This document shows, piece by piece, positions 1 through 10,990 of a DNA stretch of 64,000 nucleotides. Below the pieces are notes generated by a model that was not told the origin of the DNA, did not search any database, and saw only the letters and a program-made list of their open reading frames with translations. Numbering within the stretch: position 1 is the stretch's first letter; the number at the start of each line of letters is the position of its first letter. The position numbers and the translations under genes were made by a program. This DNA is from Raja brachyura (lineage: Eukaryota): the NCBI GenBank assembly GCA_963514005.1, contig OY740790.1, positions 19,716,001-19,780,000 on the forward strand, read 5' to 3'.

Positions 1-194
1 CTTCAATGAGCTATTATACAGACGAATAAATACACTGCACGACAGAGGCTACTGTATTCGAAATAATTTAACAACCCTTACAATATCTGCTTGCTATACT
101 CTGTTAATCTGGAGTGAGTGCTAAGAGCAACATTTATGATCGGTTAGAGCAACATAGATTTAAACACGTGGAATTGTACTTAATCTTAAGAAAC

Positions 195-660
195 ATATCA
201 CAAGTTCACAAGTTATAGGAGTAGAATTGGGCCATTCGGCCCATCGATTCAATCATGGCTGATCTCTGTCTCCTAATCCCATTTTCCTGCCTTCTCCCCG
301 TAACCCTTGACACCCGTTCTAATCAAGAATTTGCCTATCTCTGCCTTAAAAATACCCACTGACTTTGCCTCCACAGCCCTCTGTGGCAATGAGTTCCACA
401 GATGAACTACCCTCTAACTAAAGAAGTTCCTCCTCACCTGTCTTAAAGAGTGCCCCTTAATTCTGAGGCTATGGCCTCTGTTTCTAGACACTCCCACCAG
501 TGGAAATATCCTTTCCACATCCACTCTATTTATGCCTTTCATTATTCTATAAGTTTCAATGAGGTCCCCCTCAACCTTCTAAACTCCAGCGAGTAAAGGC
601 CCAGTGCTGTAAATCACTTATCATATGCTAACCCACTCGTTCTGGGAATCATTCTTGCCT
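195..660 (-). mobile_element. CR1 LINE 3' fragment
   Basis: Reverse complement resembles the CR1 tails at 3700-4140 and 58800-59220 (ggccattcggccc...ccttctccccgtaacc...aaactccagcgagta). Confidence 0.8.
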
Positions 661-939
661 CAGCTCTATATCAAATCAAAATAACAAAATGTTACCTTTT
701 AAAGTAAAAGTTACCAGCTCTCATCTATTCTGTTTTAGTGTAACTTGAGCATGCAGTTTAATCCAAAAAGGTATAAAATGATGGGCCCAGAGTGATGACT
801 CTCCAAAAATTCAATCCCGATCTTTAATTGTTTAGATCATACATTACACAAACAAAGATCAACTGACTGTCAAATAACTTTAACTCAATGTCTGCAGTAT
901 GCTATTTGCACTTTTCTATATTGTACCTTTTATTATTGC

Positions 940-1178
940 ACTTTAATAACATACCTCAAAATGTTACTAGACTCTGGCACACTGTGAATCTTTTTTATAT
1001 AATGTCTATTTTTAATGGTATATTTTTAATGGTATTTGTAATGGTATATTGTCTGTCTGTGTTATAAATAAATATTACTTGCACATTTGGAGTATGGGGA
1101 AACACAATTTCAATCCTCTGTGTAACTACTTGTTGCATTATTTGAATTGACAATAAAGTTTACTTTGACTACTTTGAC
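940..1178 (+). mobile_element. LINE/SINE 3' tail (Rex1/L2-like)
   Basis: Ends gacaataaagtttactttgactactttgac, i.e. AATAAA plus a short tandem tail typical of L2/Rex1-type ends. Confidence 0.45.
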
Positions 1179-1340
1179 ATTGGGAAACCTGGAGAAACAT
1201 AAGAAATAAAAACAGGAGTAATTTGACTCTTTCAACCTATTAAAAACAAATCATGGTGGATCGGATTTCTCAAATTTATATTGCTGCTCTCCATACCCTT
1301 TGATGTCTTTCAAATCTAAGGATAATTCTTAAATCCCCTT

Positions 1341-1450
1341 GATACATGAATTGATCATGTATTGTCTTTCCGCTGACTGGTTAGCACACAGCAAAAGCTT
1401 TTCACTGTACCTCGGTACACGTGACATTAAACTAAACTGCGACTGAAACT
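1341..1450 (+). mobile_element. Short Rex1/L2-type 3' tail insertion
   Basis: aaagcttttcactgtacctcggtacacgtgacattaaactaaact: stem-loop plus short-repeat tail. Confidence 0.55.
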
Positions 1451-2000
1451 TAAGTATGCTCAGCAATTTTAGTGGTAGAGAATTCTACAAGTACATCATC
1501 CTGTGAATGAAGAGATTTTTCCTCATCATCATCCCAACTCTCTTGGTGTATGAGATTTGCCTGAGACTGACCTGAAACCGTTTCCTGCTGTTCTGGACAC
1601 ATCGACCAGGGGAATCATCCTCCATCCAGTCAGTCTTCTAGAATTTTGTATGTTTCATCTAGACCCCTTTTCATTCTTCTAAAATCTGTTCATACAAACT
1701 AATTTATCCTCATATGGCAGTGGTACTACCCTGGGAATCAGTCCGATTCTTTGTTACACTCGCTCTGTGGCAAGTATATTCTTTCTTAAGTAACTGAAAT
1801 AGCACAGAATATTCCACGGGTATCTCACCAACACCCTGTATAACTGCAGCAAAACATGTTTGTTTCTGTCCCCACATGTTCATGCTATAAAAGTCAACAT
1901 ACCATGTGCCTGTTTAGTTGCCTGCTGCTCTTGCACATTTGCTTTTAGTGATGGTTGTATAAGAACACACACTTTCCATGCTAACATAATTAGAATTAAC

Positions 2001-3025
2001 GTTTAAGAAGGAACTGCAGATGCTGGAGCAATCGAAGGTAGACAAAAATGCTGGAGAAACTCAGCGGATGAGGCAGCATCAATGGAGCGAAGGAATGGGT
2101 GGTGTATCGGAAGAGAAGAGGCGGAGACAGTAGGCTGTGGGAGAGCTGGGAAGGGGAGGGGAAAGAGGGAGAAAGCAAGGACTACCTGAAATTGGAGAAG
2201 TCAATGTTCATACCGCTGGGGTATAAATTACCCAAGCGAAATATGAGGAGCTGCTCCTCCAATGTACGGTGGGACTCACTCTAGACATGGAGGAGGCCCA
2301 GGACAGAAAGGTCGGATTCGGAATGGGAGGTGGAGTTGAAGTGCTGAGCCACCAGGAGATCAGGTTGGTTACTGCGAACTGAGCGGCACAGGTGGGGTAT
2401 CGATTCACGAAATCTGAGAAATGTATATAGACTGTATGGAACAATTCGTATAGCCTCCGAAAATGTTGGATGGATTTTTCGCACGGTTGATGTATTGTAT
2501 ATATTTACTACCCGAATAAAGTCTATTTTGAAATTAAAAAAGAACTGAGCTGAGGTGTTGGGCGAAGCGATCGCCACGCCTACATTTGGTCTCACCGATG
2601 TAGAACAGCTGACACCTAGAGCAGCGGATGCGATAGATGAGGTTGGAGGAGGTGCAGGTGAACCTCTGCCGCACCTGGAAAGACTGCTTGGGTCCTTGGA
2701 TGGAGTCAAGGGGAGAGGTAAAGCAACAAGTGTAGCATTTCCTGCGGTTGCAAGGGAAACTATCAGAGGAGGGGGTGGTTTGGATGGGAAGGGAAGAATT
2801 GGCCAGGGAGTTACGGAGGGAGGGGTCTCTGCGGAAAGCCGACAGGGGAGGAGATGGGAAGATGTGGCCAGTGGTGGGATCCCGTTGGAGGTGCTGAAAA
2901 TGTTGGAGGATTATCTGTTGTATGTGATGGCTGGTAGGGTGGAAAGTGAGGACAAGGGGGACTCTACCCTTGTTTCGAGTGGGAGGATGGGGAGTGAGAG
3001 CAGAGTTATGCGGTATAGAAGTATA
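2001..3025 (-). mobile_element. Penelope-like retroelement 3' fragment (GIY-YIG endonuclease plus terminal repeat)
   Basis: Minus-strand translation gives QGPKQSFQVRQRFTCTSSNLIYRIRCSRCQLFYIGETK...RFAQHL and RSVRSNQPDLLVAQHFNSTSHSESDLSVLGLLH, a GIY-YIG domain of Penelope type. The terminal segment aaggaactgcagatgctgg... is shared with the short elements. Confidence 0.85.
2387..2541 (+). mobile_element. 5'-truncated poly(A)-type retro-insertion (L1/Tx1-like 3' UTR) with target-site duplication
   Basis: Flanked by gaactgagcgg (2376-2386) and gaactgagctg (2542-2552); ends aataaagtctattttgaaattaaaaaa. Confidence 0.75.
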
Positions 3026-3128
3026 GAGGTATATAAATTTGAGTTAATGCTGCCTTTCTATCTTTCCTATCTTCATGTTCATCCACGTTACACTGCATTA
3101 GCTTACTTTTTGCCTCCCAATCTATCTA

Positions 3129-4143
3129 AGTGACTAGTGGGGTAGTGCAAGGCTCGGTGCTGGGACCACAGCTATTTACAATATACATTAATGATCTAGA
3201 TGAAGCGATTCAAAGTAACATTAGCAAATTTGCAGATGACACAAAGCTGGGATGCAGTGTGGACTGTGAGGAGAATGCTGAGGATGCAGGCTAACGTAGA
3301 TGGGTTGGGTGAGTGGCAGATGCATGGCAGATGCAGTTTAATGTGGATAAATGTGAGGTTATCCACTTTGGTGGCAAAAACAGGAAGGCAGATTTTTATC
3401 TAAGTGGTGTCAAGTTGGGAAAAGGAGCAGTACAATGAGATCTGGGGGTCCTTGTACATCAGTCACTGAAAGTAAGCATGCAGTGAAGAAAGCGAGTGGC
3501 ATGTTGGCCTACATATCAAGAGGAGTCGAGTATAGGAGCAAAGAGGTCCTTCTGCCATTGTACAGGGCCCTAGTGAGACCACACCTGGAGTACTGTGTGC
3601 AGTTTTGGTCTCCATATTTGAGGAAGGACATTCTTGCTATTGAGGGAGTGCAGCGTAGGTTCAGCAGGTTAATTCCCAGGATGACGGGACTGTCATATGT
3701 TGATAGAACAGCTGGGTTTATATACTCTGGAATTTAGTAGGATGAGAGGGGATCTTATTGAAACATATAAGATTATTACGGGTTTGGACACGCTAGAGGC
3801 AGGAAACATGTTCCAGATGTTGGGGAAGTCCAGAACCACGAGCCACAGTTTAAGAATAAGGGGTAAGCCATTTAGAATGGAGAGGAGGAAAAACTTTCAC
3901 ACAGTGTGTTGTGAGTCTGTGGAAATCCCTGCCTCAGAAGGCGGTGGAGGCCGGTTCTCTGGATGCTTTCAAGAGAGAGTTAGATAGAGCTCTAAAATAT
4001 AGCTGAGTCAGGGGATATGGGGAGAAGGCAGGAACGGGGTACTGATTGTGGATGATCAGCCATGATCACATTGAGTGACGGTGCTGGCTCAAATGGCTGA
4101 ATGGCCTAATCCTGCAACAATTGTCTATTTTTATTGTCTAATT
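3129..4143 (+). mobile_element. CR1 LINE 3' portion (RT C-terminus plus 3' UTR)
   Basis: [57 protein letters not shown] and RMRGDLIETYKI, with frameshifts; tail (ttgtcta)n. Confidence 0.92.
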
Positions 4144-5019
4144 GCCTTGAAAACTCTTTGTATTCTCCTCGCAATGAACAATCCTACTCAGTTTGCTGTC
4201 ATAATCAATGTTCAACCTATTACATTTTATTCCCTCGTCAAAATCATGGATATGTTTTATAAATAGCTGAGCTCCAGGCTCTGATGTGTGTAGTTACCCC
4301 ACAAGTTACCTGGAGCCACCCCTAAAAAGACTGTGTTTCTCGACAACCAATTTTCAACCCACGTCTATGCATTACCTAAGATGCCATAAGCTTTAATTTT
4401 ACACACTAGCCTTCTCAGTGGGACATTAACAGAGGCTTTCTGGAAATCTAAGTACATCACATCCACTGGTTTTCACATTTCCCACAATTTACAACCAATA
4501 AAGTTAATGGACAGAAAGTCATGGAGAACTCATCCATGATTTCCCAATATTTCTTCCCAAAAGATACATCAAGAAAGTTAATGCTATAGGTCTCATTCCT
4601 GTCATAATAAAGGAGAAATTACAATGAATGATATTATGATGCATATGTTTGCCAGACAATTTTTTTTGTCAAATTTATTAGAGTTATTAACCCATTTAAA
4701 ACTAACTGGATAACACTGCAAGCAAAATAGCAGTGAGAAAATTTGAAAAAGAAGACAATAAGTGGATTTCTCAAAGTAATTTCCAGATTAATACATTTCA
4801 CACGTCTAACTTACCCAATGTTGCACCTCCACAATGTTGACAGCTCTGTAATAGTCATTCGCAATGCTTCAAGTTGACTGGCCTTACCCTACATCACCCA
4901 TTAGAAGTCCCACTCAATTTGATTTGGGTTTTTTTACAGTACTGCTAAGTAATATTACTTTTCTTATTGTTATTTTTTTTATAAGGAACAAGTTGTCAGT
5001 GGCAGTGGGAGAATAGATT

Positions 5020-5920
5020 TGCTCACACCTAGTTGTCTTCAAAAGATGATGGTGAATTAACTTCTTGAACTGTTGCAGTTATTCTGGTGAAAACATTGAT
5101 GTGATGGTGATCTTCTGTATCTGAAGCCCGTGTACTTCTTGGAAGGTAAAGATTGCAGTTTTGGGAGACACTTTAAAAGTAGTTTAAGGAGCAAGAACAG
5201 TAATTATTGCTGTTGGTACACAGTGCAGTTGGGAATGGAGAGAATTTGGGGTGCAGTATGGGGCAGTATGCAGAATGCCCTGAATGGTGTCGAGGATTTT
5301 GAGAGTTGTAGGAGCTGAAGTCATTCAGTCAATTGCAGAGTATTCCAACACACTCCTTATTTGTGCTTTGTAGATGATGGAAAGACTTTGGAATGACAGT
5401 AGGTGTGCCGCTTGCCTCGGGATAGGCAACCTCTGATCTGCTCTTGTAGCCATGGTATTTATGTGACTGGTCCAATTGGGTTTCTCTCCAATACAGACAC
5501 CAGGTTATTGATGCAAAACTCAGCAATCGTAGTCAAGGTAGGTGACATTCAAGATTGTCTGAACAAGTGATTGGACTCTCACCCGTTTCAGATGGTCATT
5601 GCTAGCACTTTTGTGAACATTTCTTGCACATTAGCAGCTCATGCTTCAATGTAGTATGGGTCTTCCTGCATGCAAGTAGGCTGTTTATTAGCTGAGGAAT
5701 TACAAATGATATTAAACGTTGTATCAGTAAACATCCCGGGGTGGAAGATAGCAACCTTCACGTGTTCCGCCCTGTTTCGACTAATGCAATCAACTCGACG
5801 TGCACAAACAGAAGATCAAATAGAACAAGTTGTCCTACAACTTTAGGCTATGCACGCCACACGAAAGAAGAAGAAGAAGAAGAAGTAAACATCCCCACTT
5901 CTTGCAACGAAGGATGTGCA
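5020..5920 (-). mobile_element. Degenerate CR1/L2-group LINE RT C-terminal fragment
   Basis: Minus strand ~5340-5480 reads NWTSHINTMATRADQRL...SLSIIYKAQIRSVLEYS. Confidence 0.7.
5738..5883 (+). mobile_element. Short retro-insertion with (GAA)n tail and 12-bp TSD
   Basis: agtaaacatccc duplicated at 5726-5737 and 5884-5895; ends cacgccacacgaaagaagaagaagaagaaga. Confidence 0.85.
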
Positions 5921-6769
5921 GCTTGATGTCACAAACAGTCAACTACTCCACTCTTACATTATTATTTCTTTATAGTTTGGTCTCAGTCAACTAAATCCTA
6001 GAACCAGAGACTCCTTCAATTGACCCTTTATACAATAAGGTCTTTCAGACTACTACCTCTTTACGCATTCTTTGAATGAAGTTCTTGAATCAGGATGCAA
6101 TCACACCAAAGACAAAAACTGCATTATAATAATCATTGAAGCCCACAGGCAATATTTAAGTGAAGTATGCACTGAAAATTGCTGGTAATGTGAATATTGT
6201 CTTTGTGTTTATGCGGAACAGAGAGGGGCCTCCATCTTTCCATTATTTCTTACTATCAGTAGACTTTGCAGAGATTAAGGCCACAGACCATTAATTTGAT
6301 GGTTTATCCGATTATGGGGAAAATGTTGATGGTAAAAAATAAATATTTTCTGTTTCAGCTGATAACATAACATCTTTAATTTCACATTTAAGTAGCACAT
6401 TTGAGGTAATAAAGTATCACAAAGAGTGGCACAATAATGCCATGAAACAAGTACATAAGGAGTTATTGGGAAAAGTAACCAAAAATGGTGCCAGAGGTAT
6501 ATTTTATGGGGCACAGTTAATTGACACAGATAGTGAAGCTTAACATGAATTGTATGTCTGAGGCTGTGGACGCTGAAGGCATGATGGCCAGTGGTGGAGC
6601 GTTAATATTCAGAGAAATTTAATGGTGCAGAATTGGAGAAATGGAGAACCTCAAAGGGTGCAGAAGGCTACGGAGATGAGGAGAGGCAAGATTATAGGTG
6701 GATTCAGTCCAAGTCCAAGGATGAGAAGTTTGAAAGGGATGTTTCCTCTTAATCCGGAGTCAATATTGA

Positions 6770-7120
6770 GTAGGTCAAAGCCAAAGTCAATTTTATTCAT
6801 CACATGCACCTAAAGGTGCAGTGAAATGAATTTGCCAGCAGCGATACACTTAAAAAGAACACACAATACACAATTGGTCGCTCCAATCTATGCTGTTAGG
6901 CCGCGAGAGGGGAGGCAGAGATGCGACATGGAAAAAGTCGCCTCTCCTTTGAGGGTGACTGAAGAACGGTTTCCCCCTTTCTCCCCACCACCCCCACCAC
7001 CCCCACACAAGACACACCGAGAAACACCTAAAACAAACACTTAGACAAACCAAAAAAAATGTTTAAAGTCAAAATAGCGGGCACGCTGCTGGCAGCGCAG
7101 CCGGCTCGCTGTGCCCCCAC
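6770..7120 (-). mobile_element. Non-autonomous retroposon with L2/Rex1-type tail, inside a degraded LINE (~6380-7430)
   Basis: Reverse complement ends catttcactgcacc...gtgcatgtgatgaataaaattgactttggctttgac; CpG-rich body; tail similar to 31365-31803. Confidence 0.55.
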
Positions 7121-7619
7121 AGACCAAACTCCAACTGAGTGAACAGTACATGATATGAGTAAGGACATGAACAGCAGGTTTTTGGATTAGTGTTAAGTTA
7201 TGTTGGGTACAACGTGAGTTCTAGCCATGTGACCATTGAACAAGTAAAGTCCAGAGTTAAAGAAGGGAAGGTTTAAGGCTTCATTAAAGGTTCCCTAGTG
7301 TGGGCTAAAGAGAATATGGCAGATGTAGATGGTATTGGTGATGGAGTTTTTAAGGAAGTCAGAGACAAACTCAGACTCCAATGGAATGCTGGATATGTAT
7401 GAGACCTGGCAATTGCAGTACAAACATCTGGAAGACAGGGAGCCTAGTGCACCTATATGCACCTAGGGGTTGAGTTTCACCTGCTAAACCTCTATTTAGC
7501 ATTAATAAAAATTAAGCCTCCTTGCCATAAATATCACAAAATTAACATAGCAGCACCAGGATTGCTTACAGCAAGCTTCAAAAGAGGACCTGGAAGTTTT
7601 CCTGAATATCAGCATGACC

Positions 7620-7830
7620 AAGCTTGGTTTTGGTGACCATTTTGCAAAGCAGCTGTACCCTGCCTGTGACAACGATCTTGAACTCATTTCAACTCTGCTT
7701 TTAATTCCTCTGTTGAGTTGTTTATGTTCAGCATTCTCCACTGCCATGCTGAGGACAAGCATGAACTAGAAGACCAGCAACTCATATTCCACTTGGGTTG
7801 CCTGTATATTTTCCAATTCCAAATTACCCA
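7620..7830 (+). mobile_element. Old Penelope-like GIY-YIG remnant
   Basis: FSILHCHAEDKHELEDQQLIFHLGCL matches LGLLHGQSEQHRKLEQQHLIFRLGSL of the copy at 48625. Confidence 0.7.
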
Positions 7831-7889
7831 CTTCACTGTGTTCCTTTCCCACAGTATACCTCTACACCTACATCTACCTTTTCACAATA

Positions 7890-8850
7890 CTCTTCAAAAT
7901 TGTACCATTTACTGTGTAAGTCTTGCCCTGTTTGATGTAGCAAATTGCAACACCTCACACTTGTTGGAGTTTAAAAAAAAATCCTTTCCTTGGCCTATCT
8001 TCCCGACTGATCTAAATACTGTTGTAAACTTACAAATCCTTCCTCACTGTCCACTGTACCACCAATTGTAGCATCACCTGCAAATTGACTAACAGTGTTA
8101 TCTACAATATCACATTAACTATATCCATTATGTAGATAACAAACAACAGTGGACCTAGCACTGTGCCCTGCTGCACATCCTGGTCACAGATCTCCAGTCA
8201 GATAACCAAACCACAACTACTCTGATTTCTTCCTCTAAGTCAATTTTGAATCTATTTGGCAAGCTCATCTTGGATTCCTTATGATCTAACCTTCCAGACC
8301 AGCTTACCACGCAGTAACTTGACCAAGGCCGTACTAAAGTCCATATAGACAACGTCATTATCCTGCTCTCATCAATCCTCTTGGTGACCTCCTCAAAAAA
8401 CTATCAGATTTGTAAGACACGATTTCCCACGTACAAAGCCATGCTGACTATCCCTAAATATTCTTTGCCTTTACAAATACTGGTGGATCCTGCCCCTCAG
8501 AATACCTTCCAACAACTTTCCCACCACTGCCATCAGGCTCTCAAGCCAGTAGGTTCCTGGCTTGTCTTTGCTGCCCTTCCTATAGGTTCAACTTTATTTA
8601 CCCTCCAGTCTTCTGGTACTTCACCTATCACCTGTGACTATAGATGATGCAAGTATTTCTGTTAAACCTCCACAATTTCTTCCCAAACTTTCCGCAAGGT
8701 CGGAGGAAACACTTGGTTGGGCATTGATGTGTTTTAAATCCACCAATACCTCCAGTTTGGAATTCATGTCATCTCAGACATCACAATTTATGTGCACCAA
8801 TTCCTTAGTTTCCTTGATCTTTTCTTCAATAAAAACAGATGAAAAATATT
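7890..8850 (-). mobile_element. Degenerate CR1 LINE RT fragment
   Basis: Minus strand reads ...DVVYMDFSTALVK..., VVVVWLSDWRSVT... and VSQFAGDAT-like RT motifs. Confidence 0.75.
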
Positions 8851-9499
8851 CATTTATGGTTTATTCATGTCTCATAATCATTGCAGTTGAATCTGAAAAG
8901 CAGCAATATCTCCTAAGCTCCCTTATCTGACTATTAGTGTATGATGTTGTTGTTAATCATTGCACTGTGAAGAGGTTTACTTGATTTGTTTATGGACGAT
9001 ACTTTTGCAAACTTATTATGACAAATATCTCTATCAAGTTCTTTGTATTCCATGAGGACAGCACTTGGTTCCTCTTCTCATCTGCAAGAAGAGTCTGTAG
9101 AAGCTGAGTGAAACAATCCCTTGGTAGACCTGTTTCTCTTCATCCTACTGTTCCTACTATCCTATAGGATCAATCTTATGGATCTTGGGTTCCGGGTCTT
9201 CTTCCCCCTCTTCCTCTGGCACTTGTTCTTGTCATCATTTTGCTTGATTGCTCACCAAATATAATGTTTTCATAGAGACCCTGGGGGGAGGAATTGTTAC
9301 CAATTGGATAAAGGTGCTACATTAGAACTTTACATTAGAGGGGAAATGGTTGGGAAACGAGGGGAGGGAATGGATGGGACAGTGGCCAGTCAGTGAGAGG
9401 TGCACCAAAGAAATATGAAAGGTTACCCTGCTTGCTTGCTTGGTTTGTACTATCTCTCCAGAATGGTGCAAGGCAACTGAACCTCATCTTTGGAGTCAC

Positions 9500-9606
9500 T
9501 CAAATCTGAAGATGTTGGAATCTTGAGTAAAAGTCAAACTGCCAGAGGAGCTCAGCAGGCTCAGTGAAATGGAATAATGATGTTTCGGGTCAGGACCCTT
9601 CTTGAG
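9500..9606 (-). mobile_element. Degenerate Penelope-terminus-derived short element (half copy)
   Basis: gaagatgttggaatcttgagtaaaa...gagctcagcaggctcag...gatgtttcgggtcaggacccttctt. Confidence 0.6.
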
Positions 9607-10170
9607 ATTGATGTTTACTAATATCATTTTCATGATTGCTTTGAAGCTCTCCGTCGCTGTCTTTACTATTTGATGATCCATGTATCTGTATTCAGTTGGT
9701 ATCGCTGGAGAGCACATTGGGATGTTGAGCCTAGGAGGCAGAGAGTGCTCTTGCCCCTTGGGATCCAGGGCAGATACTGAGAATGCCTAGCATTGTATAT
9801 GGGATCCACTGTTGGAAAATGTTTGTAATAGAGTCGTAGAGTGATACTGTGTGGAAACAAGTCCTTCAGCCTAATTTGCCCATATCGGCCAACATGTCCC
9901 AGCTACACTATTCCCACCTGCCTGTGTTTACTCCATAACCCTCCAAACCTGTCCTATCCATAATGATCAACACTAATCTGGAAATTGAAGGAACAGAGGC
10001 CATTCCTTTCCATAAAATGCCCAGGATATTAAGGAGATCACTTAAAATACCTGAGTGCTGTCAGTGGCTATCTGCATTCATGGTGATTAAGTGTTGATCC
10101 AATGCCATAAGGTGAAATGCTGATCCTGTTCCCAGTGGGTAGCATTTTACCTAAAAATTGTCACTTTCAT

Positions 10171-10380
10171 GTGTAGAAAGGGACTGCAGATGCTGGTTTA
10201 AACTGAAGATGGACACAAAAAGCTGGAGTAACTCAGTGGGTCAGACAGCATCACTGGACAAAAGGAATAGGTGACAGTTCGTGTCTGTAGAAGGGTCTCG
10301 ACCCGAAACGTCACCTCTTCCTTTTCTCCAGAGATGCTGTCTGACCCGCCGAGTTGTTCCAGCTTGTTTTGTCTATCTTC
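10171..10380. mobile_element. Palindromic Penelope-terminus-derived short element with a mutated hammerhead core
   Basis: Inverted arms gacacaaaaagctggagtaactcag...ggtgac / gtcacc...gagttgttccagcttgttttgtc around ctgtagaagggtctcgacccgaaacgtc (10285-10312). Confidence 0.8.
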
Positions 10381-10829
10381 ATGATCACTTTCATGCTATA
10401 TTCAGGGCAATAATGTGTTTTGCTGTTATTAACCACCCACAAAATGGATGCTAATTGATCCAATTGGTAGACTAAGAATCCAGAAGTTGCTGTCAATGAT
10501 AATTGCTCTTTCACCAGCTTCTCTGTTTAGTCTTTACATAAGTAAATCAACATTGAACCCATGATCTGATGTGAACTTTATTTTTCTAATAGTACCCCTA
10601 ATGTAAATCCACGGAAGACATTAAAATGCGGTTCATCTGAACCTTTGACAGTGTGCTGGATATAATTGCCACGTGACCGCAGCTCTGGCACTAACATTAG
10701 AACTACCTTCTCTATCCCATGTTTAAAAAATATAAAAATACATGTTTAACCTCCTGCTTTGCTTTCTGTGAGAATTATTCAACCTGTTTAGCTACTTAGA
10801 CTCCTGATAAGATGTCCAAAGAAAGGTCC

Positions 10830-10990
10830 ACGAAACAACACCCATCCCTTTCCTCCAGTGATGCTGCCCGACCCGTAGGTAGACAAAAGTGCTGGAGAAA
10901 CTCAGCGGGTGCAGCAGCATCTATGGAGCGAAGGAAATAGGCAATGTTTCGGGCCGAAACCCCCCCCCCCCCCAGCACTTTGTGTCTAGA
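10830..10990. mobile_element. Nested fragments of the same short Penelope-derived family
   Basis: ctccagtgatgctgcccgaccc, then tagacaaaagtgctggagaaactcagcgggtgcagcagcatctatggagcgaagg...tttcgggccgaaaccc. Confidence 0.7.

Larger units (their letters stand above)
1190..4480 (-). mobile_element. Old degenerate CR1 LINE hosting several younger insertions
   Basis: Antisense CR1-like segments at ~1190-1340, 1450-1970, 3040-3128 and 4145-4480 appear collinear once the inserts are removed. Confidence 0.55.

Noticed and set aside
2555-3133. 192-aa plus-strand ORF
   Set aside because: It is the antisense frame of the Penelope-like fragment; the meaningful GIY-YIG translation is on the minus strand.
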